From Ignavibacteriota bacterium (lineage in GTDB: Bacteria > Bacteroidota > Ignavibacteria > UBA10030 > UBA6906), in the NCBI GenBank assembly GCA_963837815.1, contig CAWIOS010000015.1, positions 129,439-193,438 of the forward strand: 64,000 nt of DNA, in the 5' to 3' direction. Below the pieces are notes generated by a model, which had not been told where the DNA came from, did not search any database, and saw only the letters and a list, made by a program, of their open reading frames with translations. Shown here piece after piece: positions 1 to 10,274 of the stretch (position 1 is its first letter; every line of letters begins with the position of its first letter). The position numbers and the translations under genes were made by a program.

Positions 1-1023
1 ACGGAACGCCTGATTGACCTGGTCGATTTCCGCCGTGCCGATGTTGCCGCCGATCGTGTTGTCTCTAAGTTCGGAATATTTCCTGGCCAGTTCGGCGAAA
101 CTCTCCCCCCCCAGGGCGCGCGTGCGCAGCGAATCCAGAAGGCGGATTGTGGCGTCGTCCCCTTCTTTCGACCGTTCAATCCTCAGGAGGATATGGCGGG
201 CATGGACCGCGTCTCCGCGGCGTTCGACGAGCAGGATGATGTGAAGCCCGTGTTCCGTTTCCACGATATCGGAGATCTGGCCGTCGGACATCGCGAAGAC
301 CGCAGATTCAAACTCTTTGACGAACTGGCCGCGCCGCACGAACCCGAGGTCTCCCCCCTGGGCTGCCGAACCGGGGTCCTGCGAATACCGTTTTGCTATT
401 GCAGCAAAGTCGGCCCCGCTTCTCACGCTGTCCAGGATCGCCTGCAGCTTGGCGCGCGTTGCCGCCTTTGCCCGCTCGTCCGGCTTCGGCGCAATGCCGA
501 TTTCCGAGAGTTCACATTCCTCGGGCACGCGGGGAAGACTGTCCCTGTACGTGCGGAAGAAATCCTCCACCTCGAACCGCCCGACGGTCATGTTTCCAAG
601 GTGCTGCTGCTGGAGTTTCTGGGCGAGGAGATTCTTGCGAAGGTCGTCCCGGAACTCCCGCTTGATGCGGGCGAGCGGCATACCGTACATTTCTTCCAGG
701 CGGGCCTCGGACCCGTATTGCTGGACGCGCTGCTGGATGACGGCGTCCATCTGCTGCTGGACTTCATCGTCAGTGACGGTGACGCTGTCTTCAACAGCCT
801 TCGCGATGATAAGTTTTTCGTTTATCATGGTTTGCAGCACCTGCGCGCGCAGCCCGGGCGTTGCGGCGTCAACCTTGTTGTTCAGCGCGTAGAACTGCAC
901 CTGGGCGTTCAGCTCGGACTCGAGGATCAGGTCGTTGTCAACGGTTGCCACAATGCGGTCGAGTGTCTGCGCCTGAACGCAGATTGGGGACGCAAGGACG
1001 AACAGGAAAAGTATTCTTTTCAT
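1..1023 (-). CDS. surA: SurA-type periplasmic chaperone / parvulin PPIase (3' end runs off the left window edge)
   Basis: Absent from the ORF track because no stop codon lies in the window. My own minus-strand translation from ATG 1023..1021 gives MKRILFLFVLASPICVQAQTLDRIVATVDNDLILESELN... This is a signal peptide and SurA N-terminal region, followed by a parvulin block (RYSQDPGSAAQGGDLGFVRRGQF...GLHIILL). The + strand ORF 193..1248 is its antisense shadow. Confidence 0.75.
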   Translation of the reverse strand, partial: MKRILFLFVLASPICVQAQTLDRIVATVDNDLILESELNAQVQFYALNNKVDAATPGLRAQVLQTMINEKLIIAKAVEDSVTVTDDEVQQQMDAVIQQRVQQYGSEARLEEMYGMPLARIKREFRDDLRKNLLAQKLQQQHLGNMTVGRFEVEDFFRTYRDSLPRVPEECELSEIGIAPKPDERAKAATRAKLQAILDSVRSGADFAAIAKRYSQDPGSAAQGGDLGFVRRGQFVKEFESAVFAMSDGQISDIVETEHGLHIILLVERRGDAVHARHILLRIERSKEGDDATIRLLDSLRTRALGGESFAELARKYSELRDNTIGGNIGTAEIDQVNQAFR

Positions 1024-1071
1024 AAGTTCTCTGCTCCGATTACGCCGGGATGTTGCCCGCCGGGAACGGGT

Positions 1072-1926
1072 TCATTCGCCCGTTGTCCCCGCGGTATCCG
1101 CGACGGCGAGGTTGACCTCGACCTTGTGACGGGTCCGCAGATCCGAAACGAGCTGTTCGTACCGGGTACGGCGCCGCTCGATGAGGAGACGCTCCCGCAC
1201 CTCGTCTTTCACGTACTCAAATTCCGGCGTCTCTCCGACATGCTTTAGACCGTGCACCGTGAGGACATAGTACCCCGCGGCGGCTTTCACGACGTAGGAA
1301 ACCTCCTCCTTCGGAAGCGTCCGGGCGAGTTTCCAGAGTTCCTCTGGGAAGAGCGTTGCCTGCGTGAAAAACTGGTCCCGTGCGACCGCCCTCAGTTCGC
1401 GGCTGTGCACGGAATCGCGCCGGCACGCCGCAAGTGCATCCTCCCACGACGAACCGCGGAGGATGGCGGCGCGAAACTGATTTGCCTCGTCCCGCTCGGA
1501 GAAGAGAGCATAGCTCACGCGCGCAACCTCTTCGCGAAGAGTGAACAAGGAAACGCTTTTCTTGAAGGCTCCCGCGACTTCCTCGTCGGACACCTCGTCC
1601 GCTCCACCGCCGTAAACTTCCTTCTCGAGCAATGCCTCTATTGCGAGGCGCTTCCGGGTCGCCTCAAGCTGCTCCCGGAGCTGGTCGGTGTCCGCCAGCC
1701 CCCGTCGCTGCGCCTCCTGGTACAGAAGTTCGTTGACAACCCATTCATTGATGAACGCCAGCGATTTCCCTCTGGCGCGCGCAAGTGAATCCGCGGGCCC
1801 GGCGAGGTCGCTCTCCCTCAGCTCGACGGAGCCGACCCTTGCGACATACGGCCGCGACGGCCCCTCGCGGGAACATCCCGCGCAGAACACAATAAGGAGA
1901 AGGCACAGATGCGCTGCGCGGGACAT
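1072..1926 (-). CDS. SurA N-domain / PpiC-type PPIase family lipoprotein
   Basis: ORF 1072..1992. The start is trimmed to the Met of MSRAAHLCLLLIVFCAGC (signal peptide with Cys), 17 nt after the upstream stop. The remainder resembles a SurA/PpiD chaperone (EWVVNELLYQEAQRRG, parvulin-like C-terminus YYVLTVHG). Confidence 0.65.
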   Translation of the reverse strand: MSRAAHLCLLLIVFCAGCSREGPSRPYVARVGSVELRESDLAGPADSLARARGKSLAFINEWVVNELLYQEAQRRGLADTDQLREQLEATRKRLAIEALLEKEVYGGGADEVSDEEVAGAFKKSVSLFTLREEVARVSYALFSERDEANQFRAAILRGSSWEDALAACRRDSVHSRELRAVARDQFFTQATLFPEELWKLARTLPKEEVSYVVKAAAGYYVLTVHGLKHVGETPEFEYVKDEVRERLLIERRRTRYEQLVSDLRTRHKVEVNLAVADTAGTTGE

Positions 1927-1942
1927 CCGGAACCGTGGGTCA

Positions 1943-4300
1943 TCAGCGGACAGTGACAAACGCATTCTTGAGAATCGGTTTGAACTCCACAACCGGATAC
2001 TTCTGTCTCAGGTGGGCAAGCCATTCGCCTTCGAGCCGTTTCGATTCGTAGTCCTGGTAAGCGCTGGAAAGCTCCGGTCCTGCCTCCTCATACGTTTTTC
2101 GGTGTGCACCGTCCCTCGCATTGAGTCTGACGATGGTATAATAACCTTTGTAGAGGAAGGGGCGGCTGATGCCCCCGACGGCAAGAGAGTCCGCACGCTG
2201 TGTGCGCTCATCGGTGGCCGGGGGGAGGATCACTGTTTCCGGCATGCCCGCCACGACGGCGGTCCGGCCGGTGAGTTCCGTGCGAATGACGTCGGTTTCA
2301 TTTCGCAGCTCGCTCGCGACACCGGGGGGGAGTGGGGATGTCACTGCTGTCACGCGCGCAGGGTCCACGGAAAGCTTCCTGACAACATACAGCCTGAGCG
2401 CCTCGAGCCGCGCCGCCGCCAGTTTCAGGTTTCGCGCCTTCGCGCTTGCGGTGTCAGGGCGCGCGGTGAGCGTAATGCGCAAGGCGGAATCATGGTGCAT
2501 TTCGCCTGCAGCGTTGGCGAGCACCGCCAGTCCTTTCGCGTCGGGCGTCACCGAGCCGCGCGCAAACTGTATCCGCCCTGTGGTGGGCGCCGCCATCCGG
2601 AGGGAATCATGTTCCGCAATCGATTCCATCGTCTCACCCGAGCGCAGCAATCCGGAAATCACCCTAGCGAGCGAGTCGGATCCCCCGCTGATTGCCGTGA
2701 CGCTGATCCGGTCGGGCCATGTGAAATTCTCCCTGTGGGCGTTGAAATAGGGCTTGAGAGCGGTATCGCCCATGACAATCTTGTTCCAAACGTGCTCCTG
2801 CTCGACCTGGTACAACAGGATGCCTTCGCGGTATTCTGCAAGCAGCGCGGCGAATTCCGGCACGCTCTTCGCGAGAAGATCCGCCTTCGCCGACAAGACA
2901 AGATGCTCGCCGATCTCGTTCACGGCAGTGATAAGAGGCAGGGCCCTCAGCGACGTGCCGCCCTGATCGGGCCGCGCGTTGATAAGATGAACGGTACTGT
3001 CAAGAGAGATGTGTTGTCCCTGGAGGGAAAAGAGCGGCTGCGCACCGAGATCGGGCGTTACCCCAGACCACCACGCGCTGTCATGCGTCGTTCTTGATGA
3101 GTCTAGGGATGCAAGGAACCGGCGGAGTGTGGCATCGAACATCTCGAAGCGCACTTCCTTCTTCACCTTGGTGAGGAACTTCGCATAGTCGTCCTGATAC
3201 CGGAGCTGCTGGTAGATCGGCTGCAGCTCCTGCTTTGCCGCCTCGAAGGTCTTGCGGGGACGGACGTCGAAGCACTTGATGAGATGGTATCCGTAGGGCG
3301 TCCGGACGATATCGGACACTTGGCCCGGCTTGAGGATCATTGCCACTTCGTCGAACGGCTGAACCCAGCGGCGGCGTGAGAAGTATCCGAGATCCCCCCC
3401 CTTACCCGACGAACCGGGATCCTCCGAGTGACGCTTCGCAAGTGAGGCAAAATCGGTTCCTGCGGCAAGACTGTCCTTGAGTGCCTTGATTTTGGCATAC
3501 GCCTGGGCCGTGTCCTGCGGCGACGGATTCTGGTTCTGGAATCTGATCATGATATGGCTCGCGTGCACTTCACCGGGTGAGGGCTTGCGGTCCACGATCT
3601 TGATTACGTGCAATCCGTACTGTGTGCGCACGGGTGCCGGGGAGATTTCGCCGATCTTCATGCCGAATGCGGCGTCCTCGAAGGGCGTGACGAGCTGTCC
3701 TGCCGTGAAATAATAGAGGTCGCCCTTGTTGATCTTCACCGAGGGGTCCTGGGAATTCTCGACGGCAAGAGCCCCGAAATCGGCCCCCGATTTTGCAGCG
3801 GCGATGATCTCGTATGCTTTCTTATATGCCGTTGCGGAATCTGCCGGAGACGCCGTCGGGCTCAGCGTCAAGAGTATATGGCTTGCGCGGATTTCCTCGT
3901 TCTGCCTTGCGTAGAGCTGCCTGACCCCGGGGGCGATGATCTCCCGCTCCGTAAGGTAGGAAGACGCAAGGCTCCCCTTGTACGCCCCGATCTCGTACAG
4001 GACCCCGGGGAGAGAGTCGAGTCCCTCGCCGTATGCGCCGGCAAGCTTGAGCCGGTACTTGACGACAAGGTCGAGAAACTTCTCGCGGTCGTCCAGGCTT
4101 GTCGCGGCGCCCGCTTCCCGGCTTCCAAGGGTTTTGAGATACTGCTGTTCGTATTCCGAGAGCTTCAGGGGTTGGCTGCCGACGGTGGCAACGATTGCAT
4201 CGTGTTCTGCCGGGGCACAACCGGCATACATGATTGATCCGACAATCACCGCGGCGAAACAAAAACGACTCTGAGTTCTGGCCTGTTGAGACATGCGCAT
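1943..4300 (-). CDS. PpiD-like multi-domain peptidyl-prolyl isomerase lipoprotein
   Basis: ORF 1943..4387, start trimmed to MRMSQQARTQSRFCFAAVIVGSIMYAGC (lipoprotein-type signal). It has two parvulin blocks (ASHILL...GDLYYF...GLHVIK and ASHIMI...GGDLGYFSRRRWVQPFDE...GYHLIK). Confidence 0.75.
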   Translation of the reverse strand: MRMSQQARTQSRFCFAAVIVGSIMYAGCAPAEHDAIVATVGSQPLKLSEYEQQYLKTLGSREAGAATSLDDREKFLDLVVKYRLKLAGAYGEGLDSLPGVLYEIGAYKGSLASSYLTEREIIAPGVRQLYARQNEEIRASHILLTLSPTASPADSATAYKKAYEIIAAAKSGADFGALAVENSQDPSVKINKGDLYYFTAGQLVTPFEDAAFGMKIGEISPAPVRTQYGLHVIKIVDRKPSPGEVHASHIMIRFQNQNPSPQDTAQAYAKIKALKDSLAAGTDFASLAKRHSEDPGSSGKGGDLGYFSRRRWVQPFDEVAMILKPGQVSDIVRTPYGYHLIKCFDVRPRKTFEAAKQELQPIYQQLRYQDDYAKFLTKVKKEVRFEMFDATLRRFLASLDSSRTTHDSAWWSGVTPDLGAQPLFSLQGQHISLDSTVHLINARPDQGGTSLRALPLITAVNEIGEHLVLSAKADLLAKSVPEFAALLAEYREGILLYQVEQEHVWNKIVMGDTALKPYFNAHRENFTWPDRISVTAISGGSDSLARVISGLLRSGETMESIAEHDSLRMAAPTTGRIQFARGSVTPDAKGLAVLANAAGEMHHDSALRITLTARPDTASAKARNLKLAAARLEALRLYVVRKLSVDPARVTAVTSPLPPGVASELRNETDVIRTELTGRTAVVAGMPETVILPPATDERTQRADSLAVGGISRPFLYKGYYTIVRLNARDGAHRKTYEEAGPELSSAYQDYESKRLEGEWLAHLRQKYPVVEFKPILKNAFVTVR

Positions 4301-4401
4301 CCTCGAGATCTGGAACAATGAACGACGTTGATGTATCAAGGGAAATTCGTAGATCTCTATACTAAAGAAAAGAGGGGTGAGAATCAAGAAATCGTGGGTA
4401 C

Positions 4402-5652
4402 TCAGCCTCCAGCGGAAAGCGCCTGGTCAAAATCGGCCTCGATATCCTGAATTCCTTCAATTCCCAATGAAATTCTTATCATCCCGGGGCTAACGCCATG
4501 ACGCGCGAGCTCGGCGGTGCTCATATTCACGTGGGATGAATACACGGGAATGCTCACGAGCGTTTCAACTCCCCCCAGTGACATCGCGTTGACGGCGATG
4601 CGGAGCGCGTCGCAGACGGCGGCCGCACCGCGCGCACCGCCCGGCACCTCGATTGTAACAATGCCGCCGAATCCATCCCCTCCCGGGCCTGTCATCTGCC
4701 TCCTGGCGATCTGGTGTCCCGGATGAGAAACGAGACCGGGATACAGGACGCGTTTCACCCGGGGGTGTGCCTCGAGAAAACCTGCGAGTGCCATTGCATT
4801 GCGGTTCTGGCACCGGACCCTGAGATCAAACGTCTTCAGGCTTCGAAGAAGAAGATACGCGGCAAAGGGGTCCGCGCACCCTCCGTAATACTTGAGTTGA
4901 GTATGGGCACCGGAAATGAACGATGCGCTCCCGACGACGACGCCCGCCATGACGTCCGTGTGACCCCCCAGGTACTTTGTGGCGCTCTCCAGGAGGACAT
5001 CGGCGCCCAGGGCCAGGGGGTTCTGATTGCGGACGGTGGCGAAGGTGTTGTCGGCAAACGTCAGAATCCTGTGGTGCACCTTCTTTGCGGCCTGACGTGC
5101 CCGGAACACCATCTCGGCGATGTCCACGATCCCCAGCGTCGGATTTGTGGGCGTTTCGCAGTAGATGATCTTTGTCCTTTTTGTCGCCATCGAGACAATG
5201 GATCCGAGCGCGTCCGGCCGGACGTAGCGGACTGTGATGCCGTGGCGGGGGAGGATATCCCTGAAAAACCGGTATGTTCCCCCATACAGCGCCGGCGTGC
5301 TGAGAATCTCGTCCCCCTGCCTCACGACCGAGAGTATCGCCGAGGTGATCGCCGCCATCCCTGACGAGAACAGGAGAGCTTTTTCCGCTCCCGCCATCAG
5401 CGCAAGGCGCTCCTCCGCCTCCGTCACCGTGGGATTGTGGTAGCGGGTGTACACGTACACGTCGGGGTCCCCCTGTGCATAGCGGATCGCATCGCCCGAG
5501 TCGGCGAACCTGTATGTCGAGGTCTGAACAATGGGGGGCGCAACGGGTCCCCGGAACGCGTACAGCTTTTTCCCATGTATCGCGCGCGTAGCAAGCGACT
5601 GTTGTTCGGGGAGCGGAACGGGGGATTTCACTGCACGGCGTCCGGTTTTCAT
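4402..5652 (-). CDS. PLP-dependent Cys/Met-metabolism enzyme (cystathionine gamma-synthase / beta-lyase / methionine gamma-lyase family)
   Basis: 416 aa with the family hallmarks TRAIHG, YTRYHNPT and SATKYLGGH (PLP-lysine motif). Its start overlaps the panE stop by 4 nt. Confidence 0.85.
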   Translation of the reverse strand: MKTGRRAVKSPVPLPEQQSLATRAIHGKKLYAFRGPVAPPIVQTSTYRFADSGDAIRYAQGDPDVYVYTRYHNPTVTEAEERLALMAGAEKALLFSSGMAAITSAILSVVRQGDEILSTPALYGGTYRFFRDILPRHGITVRYVRPDALGSIVSMATKRTKIIYCETPTNPTLGIVDIAEMVFRARQAAKKVHHRILTFADNTFATVRNQNPLALGADVLLESATKYLGGHTDVMAGVVVGSASFISGAHTQLKYYGGCADPFAAYLLLRSLKTFDLRVRCQNRNAMALAGFLEAHPRVKRVLYPGLVSHPGHQIARRQMTGPGGDGFGGIVTIEVPGGARGAAAVCDALRIAVNAMSLGGVETLVSIPVYSSHVNMSTAELARHGVSPGMIRISLGIEGIQDIEADFDQALSAGG

Positions 5653-6590
5653 CGTGTGCTTTCGCTGTTGTGGAGGTGATGGGGAAGAAGTGCGGCATAC
5701 ACCGCCCGGTTTACGGGCGTCGGAACACCCAGAGCCGTGCCCAGCCGGACCACGGTGCCCGCGAGCGCTTCTATCTCGAGCGGCTTGCCGTGGACGAGAT
5801 CATGATACAGGGACGAACGCGTCCTGGTATCGAAACCGGGGAGCGACTCGAGAATGCCGTCGAGAAAGTGATCCTCGATCCGCACCCCCCGGGCCCGCGC
5901 GATGCTCTCGGTTTCCTTCATCGCGTCCACGAGGAGGTCGCGGGTTTCCCCTACGGCGAGGATCTCTCCCAGCGTGAGCCGGGTCAGTGCCGTGATGCCC
6001 CCCGCACCCGTGATGAATATGAATTTCTTCCAGAGTGCTGCGACGATGTCATCGGGGACGTCGGCAGTAAACCCCGCGTGCACGCAGACATCGCGGATTC
6101 GGTCCGCGCACCGACGCTCCTCCGGCGGGGCACCTTCAAACGGTCCGAACACGATCCTGGAGGGGCCCGGAGCAACGGTGATTTCGCCGGGGCGCGTGAT
6201 CGTGGAATAAATGTACGCGGCCCCGCCGAAGATCATGCACTCCGGAAGGACGCGCTTGAGCGTTCCTTCATTGTCGATTCCGTTTTGAAGGCTGATGATG
6301 ACCGTGGAGGGGCCGAGAAGGGGTGAGAGCGCAGGGATGGCCCGCTCGGTGTCGTGCGACTTGACACAGAGGAAGACGGTGTCCACGGGTCCGATCTCGC
6401 CGGGAGATCCGACGCACCGTTCCGGGGGAACCCGCAACGACCGTCCGGGGGACGTCACACGCAACCCGTCTCTGCGCATCGCCTCAAGATGCGACCCGCG
6501 TGCCGTGAACATGACATCTTCGCCTCCCGCCGCCAGCATTGCGCCGAAGAACCCGCCGACCCCCCCTGCACCGATCACGGCAAATCGCAT
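5649..6590 (-). CDS. panE: 2-dehydropantoate 2-reductase (ketopantoate reductase)
   Basis: 313 aa. The N-terminal Rossmann motif is MRFAVIGAGGVGGFFGAMLA, and the ApbA/PanE-like C-terminal half contains SSLYHDL..GKPLEIEAL. Confidence 0.8.
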   Translation of the reverse strand: MRFAVIGAGGVGGFFGAMLAAGGEDVMFTARGSHLEAMRRDGLRVTSPGRSLRVPPERCVGSPGEIGPVDTVFLCVKSHDTERAIPALSPLLGPSTVIISLQNGIDNEGTLKRVLPECMIFGGAAYIYSTITRPGEITVAPGPSRIVFGPFEGAPPEERRCADRIRDVCVHAGFTADVPDDIVAALWKKFIFITGAGGITALTRLTLGEILAVGETRDLLVDAMKETESIARARGVRIEDHFLDGILESLPGFDTRTRSSLYHDLVHGKPLEIEALAGTVVRLGTALGVPTPVNRAVYAALLPHHLHNSESTR

Positions 6591-6624
6591 TTCATTGCCC
6601 CCGGGGTTATGAATGGAATCACGT

Positions 6625-8277
6625 TTATCCTCCCACTGCCGCGGGGAGCGCGGGGCGGGCGAAGAGCACTTTCTCCCGCTCGATCATGACAGTTCCTGCG
6701 GGTGCTCCCCGCGGCTTACGGACAAAACGCTTCTCGGTCATCGCCACGGCAACCGTTCCCGAGTTTTTCATTTTGCTGTAGTACGCGGCGATGGCCGCGG
6801 CCTGTTCACACGCCTTCTTCCCCGGCTCACCTTTTCCCGAATGCACCTTCAGCACCACATGAGACCCACTTCCACCGCGCGCGTGGAACCACAGATCGTC
6901 GGGTTTTGCGTACCGGAGTGTGAGAAGGTCGTTGTTCGCGCCGTTCTTCCCGGCCCAGACTTCAAAGCCTCCGTCCACGGTGAAAATGCGGAACGGCAGT
7001 CGTTCTTTTTCTCGGCTTCTGGCTCCGAGTCCGACGCTTTCAAGCTCTTCCGCATGTTCGGTCACGAACTTCTCCCCCCGTTCTTCCGGTGACAGTTTCT
7101 CCGCTCCTGCAAGGAGTTGTTCAAGTCGCTCGATCCGGGCGGAAATCTCTATCATTCGGCGTGCCGATTCTTCAGCGGCGGATTTTGCGCGTTTGGCTTT
7201 TTCGAAATAGCGCTGGGCATTCTGAACGGGTGAGAGGGCTGGCTCGAGAGGTATGGAGACGGGTTCCCCCTCGATCGTTCCGTCATACGCTCTCGATCCC
7301 CTGTGGAGGTCCGGAAGCGCCGCCATGAGGGCATTGCCGAACCGTTCGTATGTCCCGGACCTCCCAGCTTCCTGCGCATCCATATGAATTGCCTGGAGCG
7401 CCCGCTTTTCTTTCTCGATACGCTGCCGGAGCGGCGTGAGGAGAGACTCCTTCTCTCCGTCGAGAAGCGTTCTGGACGCCCTGCGGGCAAGGAAGAACCT
7501 GATTCCCCTGTTGACGTCGGGGAAGAGTTCTTCCCTCATGCCGCCGGCGAGCATGAGGGGGACGAGCGAGAAATACGCCGGGACACCTTCCTCCGAAATG
7601 TACACTCTCGCAAGCGGCCTTTCAAGGTCTGTCAGCACCGAACAAATCCCGCGTTCGAGAGCCGCAAAGGTCCCGGAATCCAACCCGTCGGTCATAAGTG
7701 ACGCGTCTACCCCGGCCCGAGTGACAGATTCCAGCGCAAGTGTACCGCCCATCGCCGGAAAGGACCTCCTGATGGCGGACACGACACTCCGCGCTTCCGG
7801 AGATGCACAGGCGGCCCGGAACGCCTGAATGTCCCCTGCGGGGGTCGCAGGCGCGAAATGAAATGAAGTGCCCGCGAGTTTTTTCGGGTTCTTGAACGAA
7901 TCAAGGATCGTCCCCCCGTCCCCCAGGAGAAGCACATTTGACCTTGGTCCGTAAAGAACGGCCGCGAGCGTCGACCCGCTGTCGAGACCGATTTCCACGA
8001 CGCGGTCTGTCGGGCGCAGTCTCACGCTGTTCACGTGCGTGTCCACGATATCGCCGAGGAGATCAACCGAATTCCGGCGGGCCCTGGTTCTCCCCTCGTG
8101 CATGTAAAGTGCGCTGACATCCGGCCTGCAGAGGAATACGAGCTCCCCCGGATCGTCATGAAATGCAATTGCGAGCTCGTCCGCGTGCTGCGAGTATACC
8201 GCACGGATTCGTTTTCCCGGGATACCGGAATTGAACGTGGAAACGAGGAGGAGAAAAGTGTAGTAATTGCTGATCAC
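6625..8277 (-). CDS. NFACT-family protein (FbpA/RqcH-like ribosome quality-control factor)
   Basis: 550 aa. It has an NFACT-N-like N-terminus, a coiled-coil middle, and a C-terminal NFACT-R/DUF814 signature (DDLWFHARGGSGSHVVLK...AAAIAAYYSK). Confidence 0.75.
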   Translation of the reverse strand: MISNYYTFLLLVSTFNSGIPGKRIRAVYSQHADELAIAFHDDPGELVFLCRPDVSALYMHEGRTRARRNSVDLLGDIVDTHVNSVRLRPTDRVVEIGLDSGSTLAAVLYGPRSNVLLLGDGGTILDSFKNPKKLAGTSFHFAPATPAGDIQAFRAACASPEARSVVSAIRRSFPAMGGTLALESVTRAGVDASLMTDGLDSGTFAALERGICSVLTDLERPLARVYISEEGVPAYFSLVPLMLAGGMREELFPDVNRGIRFFLARRASRTLLDGEKESLLTPLRQRIEKEKRALQAIHMDAQEAGRSGTYERFGNALMAALPDLHRGSRAYDGTIEGEPVSIPLEPALSPVQNAQRYFEKAKRAKSAAEESARRMIEISARIERLEQLLAGAEKLSPEERGEKFVTEHAEELESVGLGARSREKERLPFRIFTVDGGFEVWAGKNGANNDLLTLRYAKPDDLWFHARGGSGSHVVLKVHSGKGEPGKKACEQAAAIAAYYSKMKNSGTVAVAMTEKRFVRKPRGAPAGTVMIEREKVLFARPALPAAVGG

Positions 8278-8441
8278 GGCTTTATCAACAATATATTGGA
8301 AAATGGCGATTTTCCCAATAGATTGGCGGATCTATGTGGATAACTTGTGAATGGCGGCGGCAAATGTGTCTGCAAGTTTCCATTGCGACTGCTGTGGGTT
8401 TTTAGTATTATACTCTGCTTAGGCACAAGCCTCGAGGATGA

Positions 8442-9320
8442 ATGATCGCCAGCATGACCGGGTTTGGCAGGGGGGAAGCGACAGGAGATGGAATCACGAT
8501 CACCGTCGAGCTCCGGACAGTGAACAACAGATTCCTGGAGGTGGCGACGCGCCTGCCGCGGTCGCTCAGCCTCCGCGAAAACGACGTCAAAGAGTTGATA
8601 CGGCGGAAGATATCACGCGGCAAAGTCAACGTGATCGTCAACGTCGAGCGGGAAGGAATCGGATCCGCCGGACTGGAGATCAACGCGGCCGCCGCAAGAG
8701 CCTATTATTCACTTCTAGTCCAGCTGAGAAAGACTCTCCGGCTCAAGGAGGCGGTGAAGCTGCAGCACATGCTGCAGTTTTCCGAGATCTTCGAACAGAA
8801 AGAGTCAGACGGCACCGACGAGAAGGAGTGGGCGGTCCTCCAGGAATCGCTCGAGATGGCGCTCGGGGCGCTTGCGGATATGCGGCGGGCCGAAGGAGGG
8901 GAACTCGAACGGGATTTCCGGGCACGGATTGCGTTTCTTGACGACCGGCTGGGCCAGATCGAACGGCTCTCGGCGGAACAGGTTCCTGCCGAGCGTCTCC
9001 GGCTTCGTGAACGCGTGGCACAGCTTGTCGAGAAGACCCCCGTCGATGAAGCCCGGCTTGAAATGGAACTGGCCCTGCTGGCGGACAGGCTCGACGTAAC
9101 GGAAGAGTGCGTCCGTTTCAGGAGCCACAACAAGTTCTTCCTGGAAGCCCTTGCGCTTCCCGAACCCGCAGGAAGAAAACTCAATTTCCTCATCCAGGAG
9201 ATGAACCGGGAGGCGAATACAATTGGTTCGAAATCCAATGCCACGGAGATCGCGCATATTGTTGTGAACATGAAAGAGGAACTGGAGAAGATTAGAGAAC
9301 AGCTGCAAAACATCGAATAA
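8442..9320 (+). CDS. yicC: YicC-family stress-induced protein
   Basis: 292 aa. It starts MIASMTGFGRGE...ELRTVNNRFLE and ends NFLIQEMNREANTIGSKS, both typical YicC N- and C-terminal domains. A putative TTGCGA-17-TATTAT promoter lies at 8383..8411. Confidence 0.9.
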   Translation: MIASMTGFGRGEATGDGITITVELRTVNNRFLEVATRLPRSLSLRENDVKELIRRKISRGKVNVIVNVEREGIGSAGLEINAAAARAYYSLLVQLRKTLRLKEAVKLQHMLQFSEIFEQKESDGTDEKEWAVLQESLEMALGALADMRRAEGGELERDFRARIAFLDDRLGQIERLSAEQVPAERLRLRERVAQLVEKTPVDEARLEMELALLADRLDVTEECVRFRSHNKFFLEALALPEPAGRKLNFLIQEMNREANTIGSKSNATEIAHIVVNMKEELEKIREQLQNIE

Positions 9321-9325
9321 CGTCC

Positions 9326-9892
9326 ATGGCACGGGGGAAACTTGTTGTGATCTCGGCCCCCAGCGGCGCCGGCAAGACGACGATTGCGCGGGCGATCCTC
9401 AATGCCCACCCCACGCTCCGGTTTTCCGTCTCAGCGACCACGCGTTCGGTTCGTGCCGGAGAAATAAACGGAAGAGACTACTTCTTTCTCACGAGGGAAG
9501 AGTTCGTGCGAAGAATCGGAGCCGGGGAATTCGTTGAATGGGAAGAGATTTACGGCAACCTGTACGGCACGTTGCACCGGGAGGTGGACCGGGCGCTGGA
9601 TGAGGGACGGCACATCCTCTTTGACATCGACGTTAAAGGGGGCATATCCGTACGGAAGGCATATCCGGAATCTCTTCTGATCTTCATACGTCCCCCCAGC
9701 ATTCAGATTCTGAACGAGAGGCTCCGCAACAGGAAGACCGAAAACGACACCGCGGTATCCCAGCGCATGGCGCGGGCGCCGCTGGAACTTGAACTTGGGG
9801 CGCAGTTCGATCACCAGGTTGTCAACGACGACCTCGCGCGCGCGGTGGCAGAGGTCAACACGATTGTTAACAGATACTTACAGACCAACTAG
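9326..9892 (+). CDS. gmk: guanylate kinase
   Basis: 188 aa with P-loop VISAPSGAGKTT and the motifs SATTR..R.GE..G.DYFF. Confidence 0.95.
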   Translation: MARGKLVVISAPSGAGKTTIARAILNAHPTLRFSVSATTRSVRAGEINGRDYFFLTREEFVRRIGAGEFVEWEEIYGNLYGTLHREVDRALDEGRHILFDIDVKGGISVRKAYPESLLIFIRPPSIQILNERLRNRKTENDTAVSQRMARAPLELELGAQFDHQVVNDDLARAVAEVNTIVNRYLQTN

Positions 9893-9909
9893 AAGAGGGA
9901 GCACGGTGT

Positions 9910-10260
9910 ATGGGAATCAAACCGATCGACCTTGAATTCTTCAATCAGGAAGGAAAAAACGTTCACGAGTCCATTGTCGCCGCGTCAAAGCGCGCGCGGC
10001 AGATCAACGAAGACATCAAGATCGAATTCAACCAGCGCGTCGAGATGTTTGCCACGAAAACCGAATCAGAGACCGAGGAGAACGACATCAACCCCGATCA
10101 GTTGAAGGTAAGCCTCGAATTCGAGAAGCGCCCGAAGCCGACGGACACCGCGCTTGATGAGCTCATGTCGACAAAACTCGGCTGGCATTACGAAGTGAAG
10201 GAAGTGCCGCCGCCGCCCAAAGAGGAGGCGGTGGAAGAACCTGCGGAGGACGAAGAGTAA
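9910..10260 (+). CDS. rpoZ: DNA-directed RNA polymerase subunit omega (probable)
   Basis: 116 aa containing VAASKRARQIN and an acidic C-terminal tail. It sits in the canonical position directly after gmk. Confidence 0.65.
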   Translation: MGIKPIDLEFFNQEGKNVHESIVAASKRARQINEDIKIEFNQRVEMFATKTESETEENDINPDQLKVSLEFEKRPKPTDTALDELMSTKLGWHYEVKEVPPPPKEEAVEEPAEDEE

Positions 10261-10274
10261 CCGACGATCAGGCC

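Noticed and set aside
193-1248. 351-aa + strand ORF (and nested + ORFs 317..892, 393..665)
   Set aside because: It lies antisense to a clearly recognisable surA gene that I translated myself. The product is Arg/Pro/Gly-rich with no motifs, a typical shadow ORF of GC-rich DNA.
1688-3097. 469-aa + strand ORF
   Set aside because: It is antisense to the PpiD-like gene. The composition is junk-like (R/G/P-rich), with no domain signatures.
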